A stretch of DNA of 64,000 bases from Camelus dromedarius (lineage: Eukaryota). The position numbers and the translations under genes were made by a program. The notes beneath the pieces are model-generated. The model made no database searches. It saw nothing but the letters and a program-made list of their open reading frames with translations, and was not told the origin of the DNA. Location: positions 3,410,001 through 3,474,000 of the forward strand of contig NC_087437.1 in assembly GCF_036321535.1 (NCBI RefSeq). The letters run 5' to 3'. This document shows positions 51,032 to 63,342 of the stretch, in pieces (within the stretch, counting starts at the first letter, position 1; every line of letters starts with the position of its first letter).

Positions 51032-51639
51032 ATCAAATGCATTTTAGAGTCTTGGAGTACTATTTCTAGTAAGGTACTTCTGCAAATGATCATCTTTGGT
51101 ATCTGCTGAAGCAATTAGTTCAAACACTATTTTTTAAAGTTTGTAGACACTGGGGGTTAAAAAAAAGAATGAAAAGGGACTTTATTTTAAGCACCTTAAT
51201 TAAAGTTTTAGCTACTTATCTATTTACTGCATTATTCTAAAGTGTCTCTGCGACGCCTAACTGCTTTGGCAGAGCCCAGCAAAATGCGATTTTTAATTGC
51301 TGTTATTATAACCACTTCACAAAGCAGTCAGCGCTGAGGCTGTCACCTGTACCTCCTTAGGATCAAGTTTCATGTCAACGTTCCTCAGAGACAAGCAACT
51401 TCCAAGTCAAATATTCAAATGAGTCAAGAGCTATTATGAAGCCCTTTTCAGAGTGTCTGAGTCATTACCTAAAATATTTAATTTGGGTTTAATTCGAGGA
51501 GAAAACAGAGGGCTGGAATTTAATATTTTTCTTCAGCCCTGGAAAGTACTGGTCCTTGACGGTGATTCCTGGTCCCAGGGTCCCCATCACTCCCCCTAAG
51601 GGAGGAGGACTCACAGGTGCGCTGACTGCTCTGGAAAGC

Positions 51640-52300
51640 GAGCTGTGTGTGTGCCGAGGTGGTGCACTGACCCCCCGGCGGGCTGGCGCCACGCCATCCA
51701 CCCCAGAGAGCTCTGGATGCAGATGCGGTCATGGGTCTGAGAAAACTGTCAGTGCCTCCGACGGCTGCGATGCCCCGGGGAGGCGGCGCAGGTGCACCGG
51801 GCGCAGGGATTGCAGCCCGGGGCAGGGCGCACGGAGACTAGGCTCGGGCGGAGGAGGGACTCTAAATTCTCCCCGGCCCTCTGCACCGCCTGGCCTTGTA
51901 CCGACGGGAGCCGCCTATGGGCCACGGAAACCACAGCAGCAGCGCCGGCGGCCCTGCGGCTGGGGACACGGAAGGAGTGCCGGAGCCCTGCTGGGGCGCG
52001 GGGCTGATGGAAACAGGGCTGACGACCCACATCCAGTGCATTCGCTCAGCCAACGTGCCCCCATGCTCCCAGGGATGGGAGACTGTGACCTAGGGGACCC
52101 CTGCGCTCCCGGGGAGGAGCGGCTCTAACCTCGGGCATCCTCGCGCCCGGGGAGAAGCCGGCCAGAGCCACACCGGCTGGTGTCTCTGGACTTTTGTGGG
52201 GTCCGGAGCGATCTGTCCGGGGCTTGTCCCTCCCCTTTGCCTTAAACTCACCTGCAGGGATCTGGCTTTTCCTCCAAACTAGACGGGGTGGCTTCAGACA
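51640..52300. promoter_or_regulatory. Orphan CpG-island-like region
   Basis: High GC and dense CpG (ggcggcgcagg, gcgccggcggcc) with GC-box-like gggcggag. No recognisable coding exon. Confidence 0.6.
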
Positions 52301-52369
52301 GGAACCTGAGTCCCCCGGGCCAAATAAGCGTCCATCTGGAGACAATAAATGGGACAATGGACGCGGCTG

Positions 52370-52600
52370 TGACTTACGGAGCGAGAGCTTAAATAAGCAC
52401 GATAAATACAGAGGAGGGGCTGGAGGGCGGGGAGGCGGGAGGTGTGCCAAAGGGCATAGACTTCCGATCGCGAGAGATGAGAGATGAGTAAGTTCCAGGG
52501 AGTCAAGTACAGCCTGGTGACCACAGTTGACAACGCTGCATTGTGTACTTGAGAGGTGCTGAGAGCACATCTTAAATGTTCTCACCACCATGACCGCCAC
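52370..52600 (+). mobile_element. L1MA-type 3' UTR fragment, GC-shifted
   Basis: caaagggcatagacttcc...gtacagcctggtgaccacagttgacaacgctgcattgtgtacttga...cttaaatgttctcaccac. Confidence 0.75.
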
Positions 52601-53039
52601 AGGGAGGAGTCATCACCAAGTACCGTGACCCAGTCAGGTCATTTGAGCATCGACGCCTAAAGCCAGCCTCTCCTGAACTTTTCATTCCCATGAGCCAATA
52701 AAATTGTGTGTGTGTGTATGTGTGTGTGTGCGCGCACACGTGTGTGTGTGCACGCAATCAGGACAGCTGGAATTAGGCTTCCACCTCTTGCAAACAAGGA
52801 CCTAACAGGGCACAGGAGAGGGGAGTGGGATTAGGTATTGCTGCACTTGCTTTTAGCTCTGCCACTTACGAAGCAATGAACAGAGAGGCTTCAGAAGGCG
52901 CCCCTTTCAGAAGGAGTTAGTTCCTTTAGTGAATAATTCACTAGCTAAAGCCTCTGGCCTTGCTCCTTATCCATTCTTGACTTGGCAGTGTCCGTGATGT
53001 TGCTAAAATAATCCATATATGTGTACTCTTCAGAATATA

Positions 53040-53310
53040 TACACATTTTGATTTCATTTCTATAAAGCTCTGGAAAATAAAACCTGATTTCTACTGACAG
53101 AACGGAGGTCAGCAGTCATCTGGGGAGGGGAGGGGAGCAGGAGGGAGGATTTTAAAAGGGGCAGGAGAAAACTCTTGGAGTGATGGACATGTTCGCTCTT
53201 TTGATGGTTTCATCAGCATAGATGCATGTGGAAACTGACCGACTGTATACTTTAAATATGTGTAGTTTATTGTATGTCAATGCTCTCTCAGTAAAGCTGT
53301 TAAAAAAAGA
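53040..53310 (+). mobile_element. Ancient L1 3' UTR
   Basis: gatttcatttctataaagctctggaaaa...tgtatactttaaatatgtgtagtttattgtatgtcaat...aaagctgttaaaaaa. Confidence 0.7.
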
Positions 53311-53339
53311 AATAAATAGAAATGTACTGGCAAAACAGA

Positions 53340-53855
53340 AAGCAAATCTGATCACGTCATGCTATTTAACACCCTGCAATGGCTTCCTGATTCTCTCAGG
53401 GCAAAACTCAGTCTCATGAGGCTTGGAAGGCTTCCTTGATCAGGCCCTGCCCGGTCTCAGCACAACCGGTACCAGGTCCAACCTCTCAAACGGGGCCCCG
53501 GGCATCCTGGAATTCTTCCAGGTCCTGGGTCCACTCCAAGCACTTGCATCCTTCTGCTCCTTGGAACACGCTCTCGTGCTCCCTCCTACGTACGTTTACC
53601 TGGAGACTTGCTTTTGCTTCGCTCAGATGCCCTTGTCCCTTTCTCCCCTACCCCAACCTGCCCTACAAGCCCCATCGCACACAGGGTTTTCCAGGCTTAG
53701 CACTTACTGCTCTGTCTCCTAAGTGCCTTTTCACTTCTCTGAAGCCCTCACCAGCCTGTGACATATTGTGAGGGTGGTAAGTTTGTCTGTCTTATATATC
53801 GTAGCTTCAGTGCCTTCAACACTGTCCAGAATATAGTATGTTTGTTGAATGATTT
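53340..53855 (+). mobile_element. L2 3' remnant
   Basis: aaatctgatcacgtc...caatggcttcc...cagtgccttcaacactgtccagaatatag...tttgttgaatga. Confidence 0.6.
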
Positions 53856-54229
53856 GATAAATCAATCAATAGATCATAGACAGTCTAGGAGTATATCTTC
53901 ACCACTAAACTGAAAGGAGACTCAGGCCAGCTGTGCCAAGGGGCCGAGGAGGGTAGAGCAGTGGTAGGAGCTCCAACCCCAACGTCAGGTAGACTGGGGT
54001 TCAGGTATCAGCTCTGGACATAGTAGTGTAACCAGGGGGACCTTCCCAGACCACACTGTGCCCCAACACCCCCCCGCCCCATTCAATGGGGACAGTGACG
54101 CTATCTCATTGCCTTGTTTGGAGAATTAAAGAAGATAATCTGTATACCTTGAGGTCCAAGGCCCTAGTTTGGTCCAATAAATGTAACCTCCAAGCAAAAA
54201 AAAAAATATCATAGCCCTTATGAGCCAGG

Positions 54230-54492
54230 CTGGGGGGAGAGGGGTGGGAAGAGACAGAAGGGGAGCTTGAAATTTGTAGATTCTGACAGGTATATATAGA
54301 ATAGATAGACAAGATTACCCTGTATAGCACAGGGAAGTATATACAAGATCCGGTGGCAGCTCACGATGAAAAAGTATGTGACAATGAGTATGCGTATATT
54401 TATGTATAACTGAAAAATGTGCTCTACACTGGATATTGACATGATACTGTAAGCTGACTATAACTCAATAAACAAAACAAAACAAAAAAAAC
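54230..54492 (+). mobile_element. L1 3' UTR fragment with A-rich tail
   Basis: gggtgggaagagacaga...tgtatagcacagggaagtatatacaagatc...tataactcaataaacaaaac. Confidence 0.88.
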
Positions 54493-56199
54493 CAGATTCC
54501 TCCTTAAAAAAAAAAAGAGCCAAAGCAACGAAATACTAGAAGCCAGTCAAAGAAATGTTCCTGGTATCACCCGCACGAGGAAGCCAGTCTGAGGCCAAGT
54601 CACTGCACAGCCGTTCAGCGTTGCCCTCTGCCCCGATTGTACCTGAGAGCATTTTTCAGCAAACCTCTTGCCTCAAACTCTCTGGCTCAGAACCTGCTGC
54701 TCCCCTGGAAACCGGACCTGCGACACTCTTGAAGTCCAAACATCCGTCCCTTGATGCACTGGTCACCCCAGGGCCACAGGCCCACCCGCCACTGGGCCAG
54801 CAGCCAGATCAGGTCCCTGATTGTCTGCTCCGAGGCCAAATCAGTGGGGCACCAAAGAGGGTCTTGGATCAAAGGAATAAAAGCAAACCCCCTGCCCTTC
54901 TGAATCTGAAACGTTGAATTATATTCCAGGACAGGCAGCATTTGGGGAGGAGGCCCTGAGTTAACTGAATGATGAAAGGAAAAGGATATTTAGGGTGAAA
55001 ATCTGGGCGAGCAGGACACAGACAGCAGAACTGATCCTTGCTACAATGTAAGGGCTTTCTGTCCGCTTCACTCACTGCTGTGTCTCGTCAGCATCCAGCA
55101 TTAGGAAGTGCTCGGTAAGCACTGAGTCTGATGTGGGGGGCAGGGGGGTGCAGGGAAGGAGGCAAAGCTGAAGCAACATGAAAGACGTAACTTAATCCAA
55201 GTCCCAGAGAAAGAAAGAGTGAAGCTGTGAAGCTGGGTGGCTCAGATCCTGAGCTGTGGCCACAGGCAGACCCGAGGTCAAGTCCGGCCTTGCTCCTTAC
55301 GGCTCTATGACAGCCGGCAGCTCGGAACCTCTCACACTTGTTTCCTTACCTGTGAGACGGTGACTCTGCAGGCTACATAAAATGGTTTAGTGAAGTACCT
55401 GCCCGCAGCAGACACTCAGTCCTCTGTTCATAATTGAGCACGTGCAGTACACAGACGCACAAGCAGACACACTCGACAATGTCAAGGGACTCAAGGGTGA
55501 CAGTGTGGAAGACGTACTGGAACCTCCGGAGGAAGGAGTGTGATGCCTTGTCCGCTGTAAAAGGTTAGAAAACGTTCTAGCTTTAAGGATGACAAGCAAT
55601 GTATTCTGGCCAACAGAGCCTGTGAAAGAACTCGAAAGGCTACACCAGCGCACTAATTTAAGTCCTAACCATATTACTAATTTTATAGTCACTTAAGCAA
55701 ATAAATGTTTCAAAACACACTTTGGAGAACAGCCCAATTTGCCAGTAATTTTTTTTTAATTGGCCATTTGAGATATTGCCGCTGAAGCCTGACTACTCAG
55801 CTTTGACCTGGAGCCCAGCCGCTGCGGCAGACAGAGGAGAGAGCGTTTGACTCCTCCGTCTCTGCCCAAGCGCTCCAAACAGCAAAAACTGGGACGCAAG
55901 ATTAGCTGTGGCATCCGGCCACCACGGTGTATGAGCTACAGAATCCGCCTCTGACTCCAGCCTCTTACAGAATACGGGACGGACGTGGGACGTGCTGGGG
56001 AGAGCCAATGCTTTCACACAAATTCTTCAGTTATAGGAAATTGTTTGAAATCAGGCAGAACAATACAAGTTTCCTTTGTGCCCCCCTTATGCTGTGATGG
56101 ATAGAAATCATGGTGCACTTACTCAGAGGTAATGTTCCGCCTTCCATGGCAGCATTATGGATGGTCTGCACATTGTGGTTTTCTCTCCTCTCTCATGAA

Positions 56200-56545
56200 A
56201 TAGTAGCCACGAGATCTTGGCAGAACTGACCCTCACTTCACCCTACTCCCCTGGGCACAGTCGCTGACTTAGGTCTCCCAGGCCAAGGTCCATGGTTGTC
56301 CTCTGACAACAGGATGGGTCAGGGTTGGCCAATCAGGGCAAAGCTAAGGACTCTTCCTCTGAATACAAACAAGAGGAACCAGCTTTGAGCAGAAGCCCTG
56401 GCTACAGTTGTACAGTCAGAGAATAAATCTAAGTCACTGAGGTTTGGACCAACTTCTATTCCTGAAATCTGCACACTTCTCAGATTTTCAGGTATACAAC
56501 CGAAAAAGGTTTAAAATGGATCTTGTGTTACATACAACCCAAAAC
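56200..56545 (+). mobile_element. Possible MaLR (MLT1-type) LTR remnant
   Basis: ggttggccaatcagggc and the terminal cttgtgttacatacaacccaaaac resemble MLT1J/K. Confidence 0.4.
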
Positions 56546-58234
56546 TTTAAGTAATATATGCCCATCAGAGAAAGGAAATGTATATATATTTCCAAACTTG
56601 TCTCTGACTTCCTGCATTTCATGCCTGCCCCAGATTCCTTGTAGCGGCGTGCATAATCGAGGTAGATGGCCTTCCTGAAGCAAAATGACTTCCTTTCACA
56701 ACATCTAAAGTCAGATCCGAGTCCGGATTTTGCAAGCTTGTTTGTATTTGAGCACTGCATATTCTGACTGCCTTGTTGAATGGTGATTAAGTAGTAAAAA
56801 AGCTCAGAAGGTCACACAGAATGTGAATTGGATCTGGCAGCTGCCTGGTTGGTCCAGTGTCAATGAGGCAATCAGACAGGCAAAGACCTTAATGTCCACT
56901 GGCCAATGAATGGGTCAGTGGAAATTCAGCCTCTACAGGGCCAACCTCAAAAGGCTTCTCTTCCTTGCCTGTCATCAAGAAAGAGCAGAGAGGTTTGTTT
57001 AAGGAGGTGTGGGACGAAGTTTATCGGTGAATTTACCTGCCCGTTTCTACTGGTCCATCTTGTTGGTTTCAAGCAATTAGCAAGCAGCACTTAATGATCA
57101 ATGTCCCTGAATTAAAGCTACGAAGTAGGTTTCCTTCTCCTAGTGAGAGATTCCATCAGAATCACCCAGGCGCCCAAATCTGGATTAAAATAAATATGAA
57201 GGTGGGGGCAGTAGGATAATTCTAGTAGCTTTTAAAGGTCTGTTCTTAGAAAGCCCAGACTGTTCTGAGCTGGGAGGTCTTCAGCCATATTGAATGATAC
57301 CCCCAAAATCTATCATATTTGGAAATAACATTTGCTATAAATAACTTATGTCTTAGTGTAATTACAATTAGCGGTGATGAATGCACTTGGAGGCCAAGCC
57401 TGGGGCATGACAAACTGCCCCCAGCTGTCATGCGAGCAGGCCTGAGGCAATGATGTGTGACTTTAATTCCGTTGAAATAATCTCATGAAACTGAAGCAAC
57501 AGGACCCTCTCAACTCACCAGCGTTAGCTTTAAAATTTCCATGCAGCCAATACGTAGCATATTTGCTCTGATATTGGACACTGTTGGAAAAAAAACATGG
57601 ATGTTCTACATTTTTTTAAAGGTCATAAAGCTCCTCACACAAAGGAGATGAATCACAGAATTTCAGTGATCAGCCAGTAGGAGGAAGAGGAACTGGAGTG
57701 CCCCTTGTGGCCACTGATCACAGGACAATTAGTACGGCTGGTCTTGAGTCCCAAACCTCAACACAAATACTAGGGCGGTCATCTAGACAGTCTCCACGTT
57801 TGATGCCTAGATGTGTGACGTTGCCATGGGAGCCAGTTGCTAGGATACCTTCAAGAAGTAAGCTGACTTTGTGAAACTGTATCATATGGGTTAAAAACTA
57901 ATCTATAAAACATACAAGGGGAAGTATTTCTTTGCCTTGTTAGGAAGCAACAAAGGGAACCCTGGAGATAGTTTATCCTAATCTTTCATTCATTTCACAG
58001 ATTATTCAAATATTTTATTGAGCATATACTATGTGCAGGCATTGTGATAAGTAATGGAAGACACAGGGCATCCTTGAGATGTGGGACCAAGACGGGGACC
58101 AAGACCCTGTGAGGTTAGGAAGCTGTCCCAGGTCACACGACCTCTGAATTCGTACAAGAGTCTTGAGTTCCAGTCTGGTGCTGTTGGCCCCAACATGAAA
58201 AAACTTGTTTGGCAAGAATTAATAAGAATTAATA

Positions 58235-58998
58235 CATAAGGCTGGAGAAAGTGTGGAGAAAAAGAAACCCTCCTACATTGTTGGTGGGACTGTAAACTAA
58301 TGCAGCCACTATGGAAAACAGCATGGAGGTTCCTTAAAAAACTGAAAATAGACTTACCATATGATCCAGCAATCCCACTCCTGGGCATATATCCAGGGGG
58401 AAACTCTAATTTGAAAAGATACATGCACCCTAATGTTCATAGCAGCACTGTTTACAATAGCCAAGACATGGAAGCAACCTAAATGTCCATCAATAGATGA
58501 CTGAATAAAGAAGCTGTGGTGTATTTATACAATGGAATACTACTCAGCCATAAACAAGAATGAAATAATGCCATTTGCAGCAACATGGCTGGACTTAGAG
58601 ATTATCACACTGAGTGAAGTAAGTCAGACAGAGAAAGACAAATATCATATGATATTACTTATATGTGGAATCTAAAGAAAAAATGATACAAATTCTATTT
58701 ACAAACCAGAAGTAAACACACAGACATAGAAAACAAACTATGGTCACCAAAGGGGAAAGGGTGGGGAGGGATAAATTAGGGGTTGGGGTTAACAGACACA
58801 CATTACTGTATACAAAATAGATAAACAACAAGGACTTATTATATAAAACAGGGAACGATACTCAATTTCTTGTAATAACATCTAATGGGAAAGAATCTGA
58901 AAAGAAAATATATGTGCATGTGTAATGGAATCACTTTGCTGTACACCTGAAACTAACACTGTAAATCAACTACACTTCAGTAAAAAAAAAAATTTAAA
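58235..58998 (+). mobile_element. 5'-truncated L1 with TSD aagaattaata
   Basis: [31 protein letters not shown], 3' UTR and A tail. TSD at 58224-58234 and 58999-59009. Confidence 0.93.
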
Positions 58999-60517
58999 AA
59001 GAATTAATATTTAAAATGAGTTCTGCAGGCTTGTTTAACCTTCGTAAGAGAAAGGACTTTCCAAGAAGCAGGCCTTCAGCGAGCGCTCTGCTGCGTGCTT
59101 GCTGGGTCTGCTTTCTCAGGAGTGTCCTAGAGGCTGGAGAGACGCATCCTGTTCCAGTCAGGCCAGGAACACTGCACAGGAGGAGCTCTGGCTGGCGAGC
59201 AGGCTCGAGTGGCCAGGGCAGCCCAAACGAGGGGGATGAAGGCTGCCCGAAAGGGCTGATGAGCTTTGAAGGCCGAGTAGACATTAGACAGGCCCGGGCG
59301 AGTGGGCCTTTCAGGAAATGGACACCACTGATGTAGTGAATGTGCTACTAAAAAGAGGTCTGGTGTTTTCTCAGCAGAGCCTGAGGGCCGGTGCCCGACA
59401 CCTGTGGAGACCACTTTCAAACACTCAGCAACTTTGTCCCCCGGAGTTGGGGCCACTGCAGCCGACCATGTGCTCTCGCTTGGGAAACGGGGCATTGAAG
59501 CCGATCCTGGGGCAGATCTGAAAGTATGTGGTGCTGGGAGCCATGGGGGCCCAGGAGGCTCAGTTATTCCACCCAAAGTGCTTGTCCTGATCACAGACCC
59601 AACATGGTTTCAACTCCCTCCCTACGGCAGACCCATGAGGGCGTTGCTCCCCGTGTGCCTCAGCCAGGCAGCATGGCCCCACTGTGAAGCTTTGTCTCTG
59701 CAGAGCATCCGTGTGCACCTGGGATCCCTCCCCTGCTTGGCGGGGCCCTTCTAGTTCCGTTTGCAGGAGGCCTGAGGCTGGTCTGGACATCGATGGCACG
59801 GACAGGCAGAGCACCCCCCTCCCAAGCCCAGCCCCTCAGAACCTCCTTTCTGTCCCACCCTGGGGGGCCTCCCCCAGCATCTTGCCCCACTTGCCCCAGT
59901 GCCACCTCCAGCCACATGGTTTTGCCTCCACAACCTCCCGCTTCTGCTGCCCTGTCCTGGTCGCTGCCTGGGGCCTCAGGCAGCCAGTGAGCCAGACCAG
60001 CCTCGACATGGGCCTCTCTGACTCCCGTCTCTCTGACCTCGCTGCATCCTATGGGCTATTGCATGGAAGTCACTTATGACCTCAGATGCCTCCGGGGTGA
60101 AACACGAGGCTCCACCCCTCCCGCATTTCACCCACTGTGAGACATCCCTGAGTGCTCTGTGCATTACGATTCTGGGTACTTCTAAGAAAGAAAAACAACC
60201 CTGCCATTAAGCCATAACCCAATGTTTTTTAATCACTTTATTTATAAAAATTTTTTATCCTATTAAATCTTTTTTTTATCTTCTATTAAAGATTTTTTGA
60301 CTTTGTTAGACATGGGTTTTTATCAAAAATCACTCCTGTGCATACACGGAAATGAAATACAAATGAATGAATGAATGAATGAAAATAAAGTGATTGAGAT
60401 ACCCCTAAACTTCTGCACCACGTCTGACTCATTTAAGTCATTTTCCAACTTGAGGTCATAGGTATTCATGTTTTTCTACAAACCACTGATCCCTGCACCA
60501 TCAGAGTCATGGTGCTG

Positions 60518-61847
60518 CAATCTCCTATGGTGTTTTTCTTTCTCCTTCTGGCTTACTTCACTTAGAATGACATTCTCTAGGAACATCCATGTTGCTGTAA
60601 ATGGCAGTTTTTATGGCTGAATAGTATTCCATTGTACAAATATACTACATCTTCTTTAACCAGTCATCTGTTGATGGACATTTAGGCTGTCTCCATGTCT
60701 TGGCTATTGTAAATAGTGCTGCTGTGAACATTGGGGTGCAGGTGTCTTTTTGAAGTAGGGTTTCTTCTGGATATATGACCAGGAGTGGGATTCCTGGGTC
60801 ATGTGGTAAATCTATTCCTAGTCTTTCGAGAAATCTCCATACTGTTTTCCACAGTGGCTGCACCAAACTGCATTCCCACCAGCAGTGTAGGAGGGTTCCC
60901 TTTTCTCCACACCCTCTCCAGCATTTATCATTTGTGGACTTTAGAATGATGGCCATTCTGACTGGTGTGAGGTGATACCTCATTGTAGTTTTGATTTGCA
61001 TTTCTTTGATAATTAGTGATATGGAGCATTTTTTCATGTGCCTATTGATCATTTGTATGTCTTCCTTGGAGAATTGCTTGTTTAGGTCTTTTATTTTGGG
61101 TTGGGTTGTTTGTTTCTTATTACGTTGTATGAGCTGCTTATATATTCTGGAGATCAAGCCTTTGTCGGTTTCATTGTTTGCAAATATTTTCTCCCATTAC
61201 ATAGGTTGTCATTTTGTTTTACTTATGGTTTCCTTTGCTGTGCAGAAGCTTGTAAGTTTCATTAGGTCCCATTTGTTTATTCTTGCCTTTATTTCTATTG
61301 CTTGGGTAGACTGCCCTAGGAGAACATTTTTAAGATGTATGTCAGATAATGTTTTGCCTATATTTTCTTCTAGGAGGTTTATTGTATCTTGTCTTATGTT
61401 TAAGTCTTTGATCCATTTTGAGTTTATTTTTGTGTATGGTGTAAGGGAGTGTTCTCGCTTGATTTACATGCTGCTGTCCAGTTTTCCCAACACCATTTGC
61501 TGAAGAGACTGTCTGAAGAAAAAAAAAAGAACATAAATACAAAACAGAAACAGACTCATAGACATAGAATACTAACTTGTGGTTGCCAAGGGGGGCGGGG
61601 GTGGGAAGGACAGACTGGGATTTCAAAATTTGTAGATACTGACAGGCATAAGCAGAATAGATAAACAAGATTATACTGTGTAGCACAGGGAAATACATAC
61701 AAGATCTTGTGGTAGATCACAGCAAAAAAAAAATGTGACAATGAATATATGTATGTTCATGTAGAACTGCAAAATTGTGCTCTACACTGGAATTTGACAC
61801 AAATTGTAAAATGACTATAACTCAATTAAAAAATGTTTAAAAAAAAA
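60518..61847 (+). mobile_element. L1 with 5' inversion (twin priming): inverted 60518-61513, sense 61514-61847
   Basis: TSD agagtcatggtgctg at 60503-60517 and 61848-61862. Antisense ORF2 block abuts the sense 3' UTR and A tail. Confidence 0.95.
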
Positions 61848-62439
61848 AGAGTCATGGTGCTGTGACATTTCTTAAGAGTTTTCCACCTTGGCCTCGGGGT
61901 CTCCTGCCAGGTGGCTGACATTCATGACACAGGTTTCAGGCCACATGCAGCAGATGACAACTGTGTCAGGACCTGCACCTATCATCAATTAAGACCCATC
62001 CTGACTTCAGGGACTTTGATGTGCGTCTTCGAATAAAGGAGAGGTCAGACCTGGTTTCTCTGCACTCCATCACTGCTGCAAAACTCACCACGGGAAAGTC
62101 CGGGACCCTGGAAGTCCGGGACCCTGAACGTGTCTCCTGCGGCCTTTAGGCATGACACCACCCTGTGTCCGTCTCCCGAGACGTCCAAGCTGTGATCTGA
62201 CTCTTCCCAGCAGCCTCGTTGCTGTCAGGTCCACCCCAATGGGAGGAGGACGGCTTCAAAGCCAGACCACAGCAGGACCTGCTGTCAAGGACAATACAAT
62301 TTTCATCCTGTCAAATTCACGCCTGGATCTGTCTCAAGAGTCCCCTGGAGCTGTGTGCTGAGTTAGGGTGGCTCTGTACCGAGGGTTTGCAGACCCATTC
62401 CCCCCCCCCTTTTTTTTTTTTAATAATAAATACTTCTAG

Positions 62440-62820
62440 ACACCAAAGATGGCTGCAAAGATATCCGCCCCACCTGATCTTCTACAACTTTCTCACTCCC
62501 TTACCACGAGATGGCGTCTAGCCCCCCCCCCCCCCCGCCCCCGGAATCTGCGTGACTCTGTCTTGTTTGTCGCCCACGGGACATGACAGCAGTGAAGCTG
62601 AGCCGAGGCTCACTGTGCCCCGCCCACCGTGACTGCAGGTGAGCGGTCTGAGCACCCAGAGACAGCCGTGCTGTGGGAAAGCCCAGCCTGACCTGCCCCT
62701 AGCTGCTCACGGCCGGCCTCACTTGATCTCACCCCCGCCACGGAAGAGAGAACAACTGTGGCTATTCGGAGCCGCTACATTTGGGGATGGGATGTCATTC
62801 CCATGGAGGATGACTGGCCT
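62440..62820 (+). mobile_element. MaLR (MLT1-type) LTR remnant
   Basis: aaagatggctgcaa...cagccgtgctgtgggaaagccca...gagccgctacatttggggatgggatgtca. Confidence 0.55.
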
Positions 62821-63189
62821 GGGTCCTGAAATCATCCCTGTGACCGCCGAGGGCACCGCCCCCAGGGAAAGGTCTGAAGGTTCGAGAATGGTCTCCCAGC
62901 CCCTCCTGCTCACAGCCCTACTGTGACTCTCTCCCCATCATCTCTGCATCACCTCTAAGTTCCCGGATAGAAAATTTAGGTAACTCACCATCTGTTGCAC
63001 AGATAAGGACTACTTTGAGTTGGCTCTAGAAGCTGAAAAAGGGTCAGATGACATTTAAGTCCTTATTTACTTCCACTCTGGCCGTCTGCTCTGGGTCTCA
63101 GTCCTGACATGGGGGGTGTCAGGGGATGGCAGTGGGGAGGTCACCCTGCTCCACTCCAGACAGCGGGGGCTGCCAGGTCTCAACATGTG

Positions 63190-63342
63190 ACAGGACTAGG
63201 CTTCGTGGGGCCTGAATCTTTTACAACTTGGGGAATGTTCTTTAGGGAAAAAAGAAAATAGAATTAGAGAAAAACCAGAGGGCATATTGATACACGATGT
63301 AAAATCACAACAAATTACAATTTAAGAAAGCTGAAAAATACA
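63190..63342 (+). mobile_element. MER115/Zaphod-like hAT terminal fragment
   Basis: ggcttcgtggggcctgaatcttttacaacttgggg...aaatcacaacaaattacaatttaagaaagctga. Confidence 0.6.

Noticed and set aside
54480..54525. L1 3' transduction (short spacer between two A runs)
   Set aside because: The spacer is only ~14 bp and no convincing TSD was found.
56630..56674. IYLDYA as a cysteine-desulfurase motif
   Set aside because: The following residues do not match the ATTP continuation, so it is likely coincidence.
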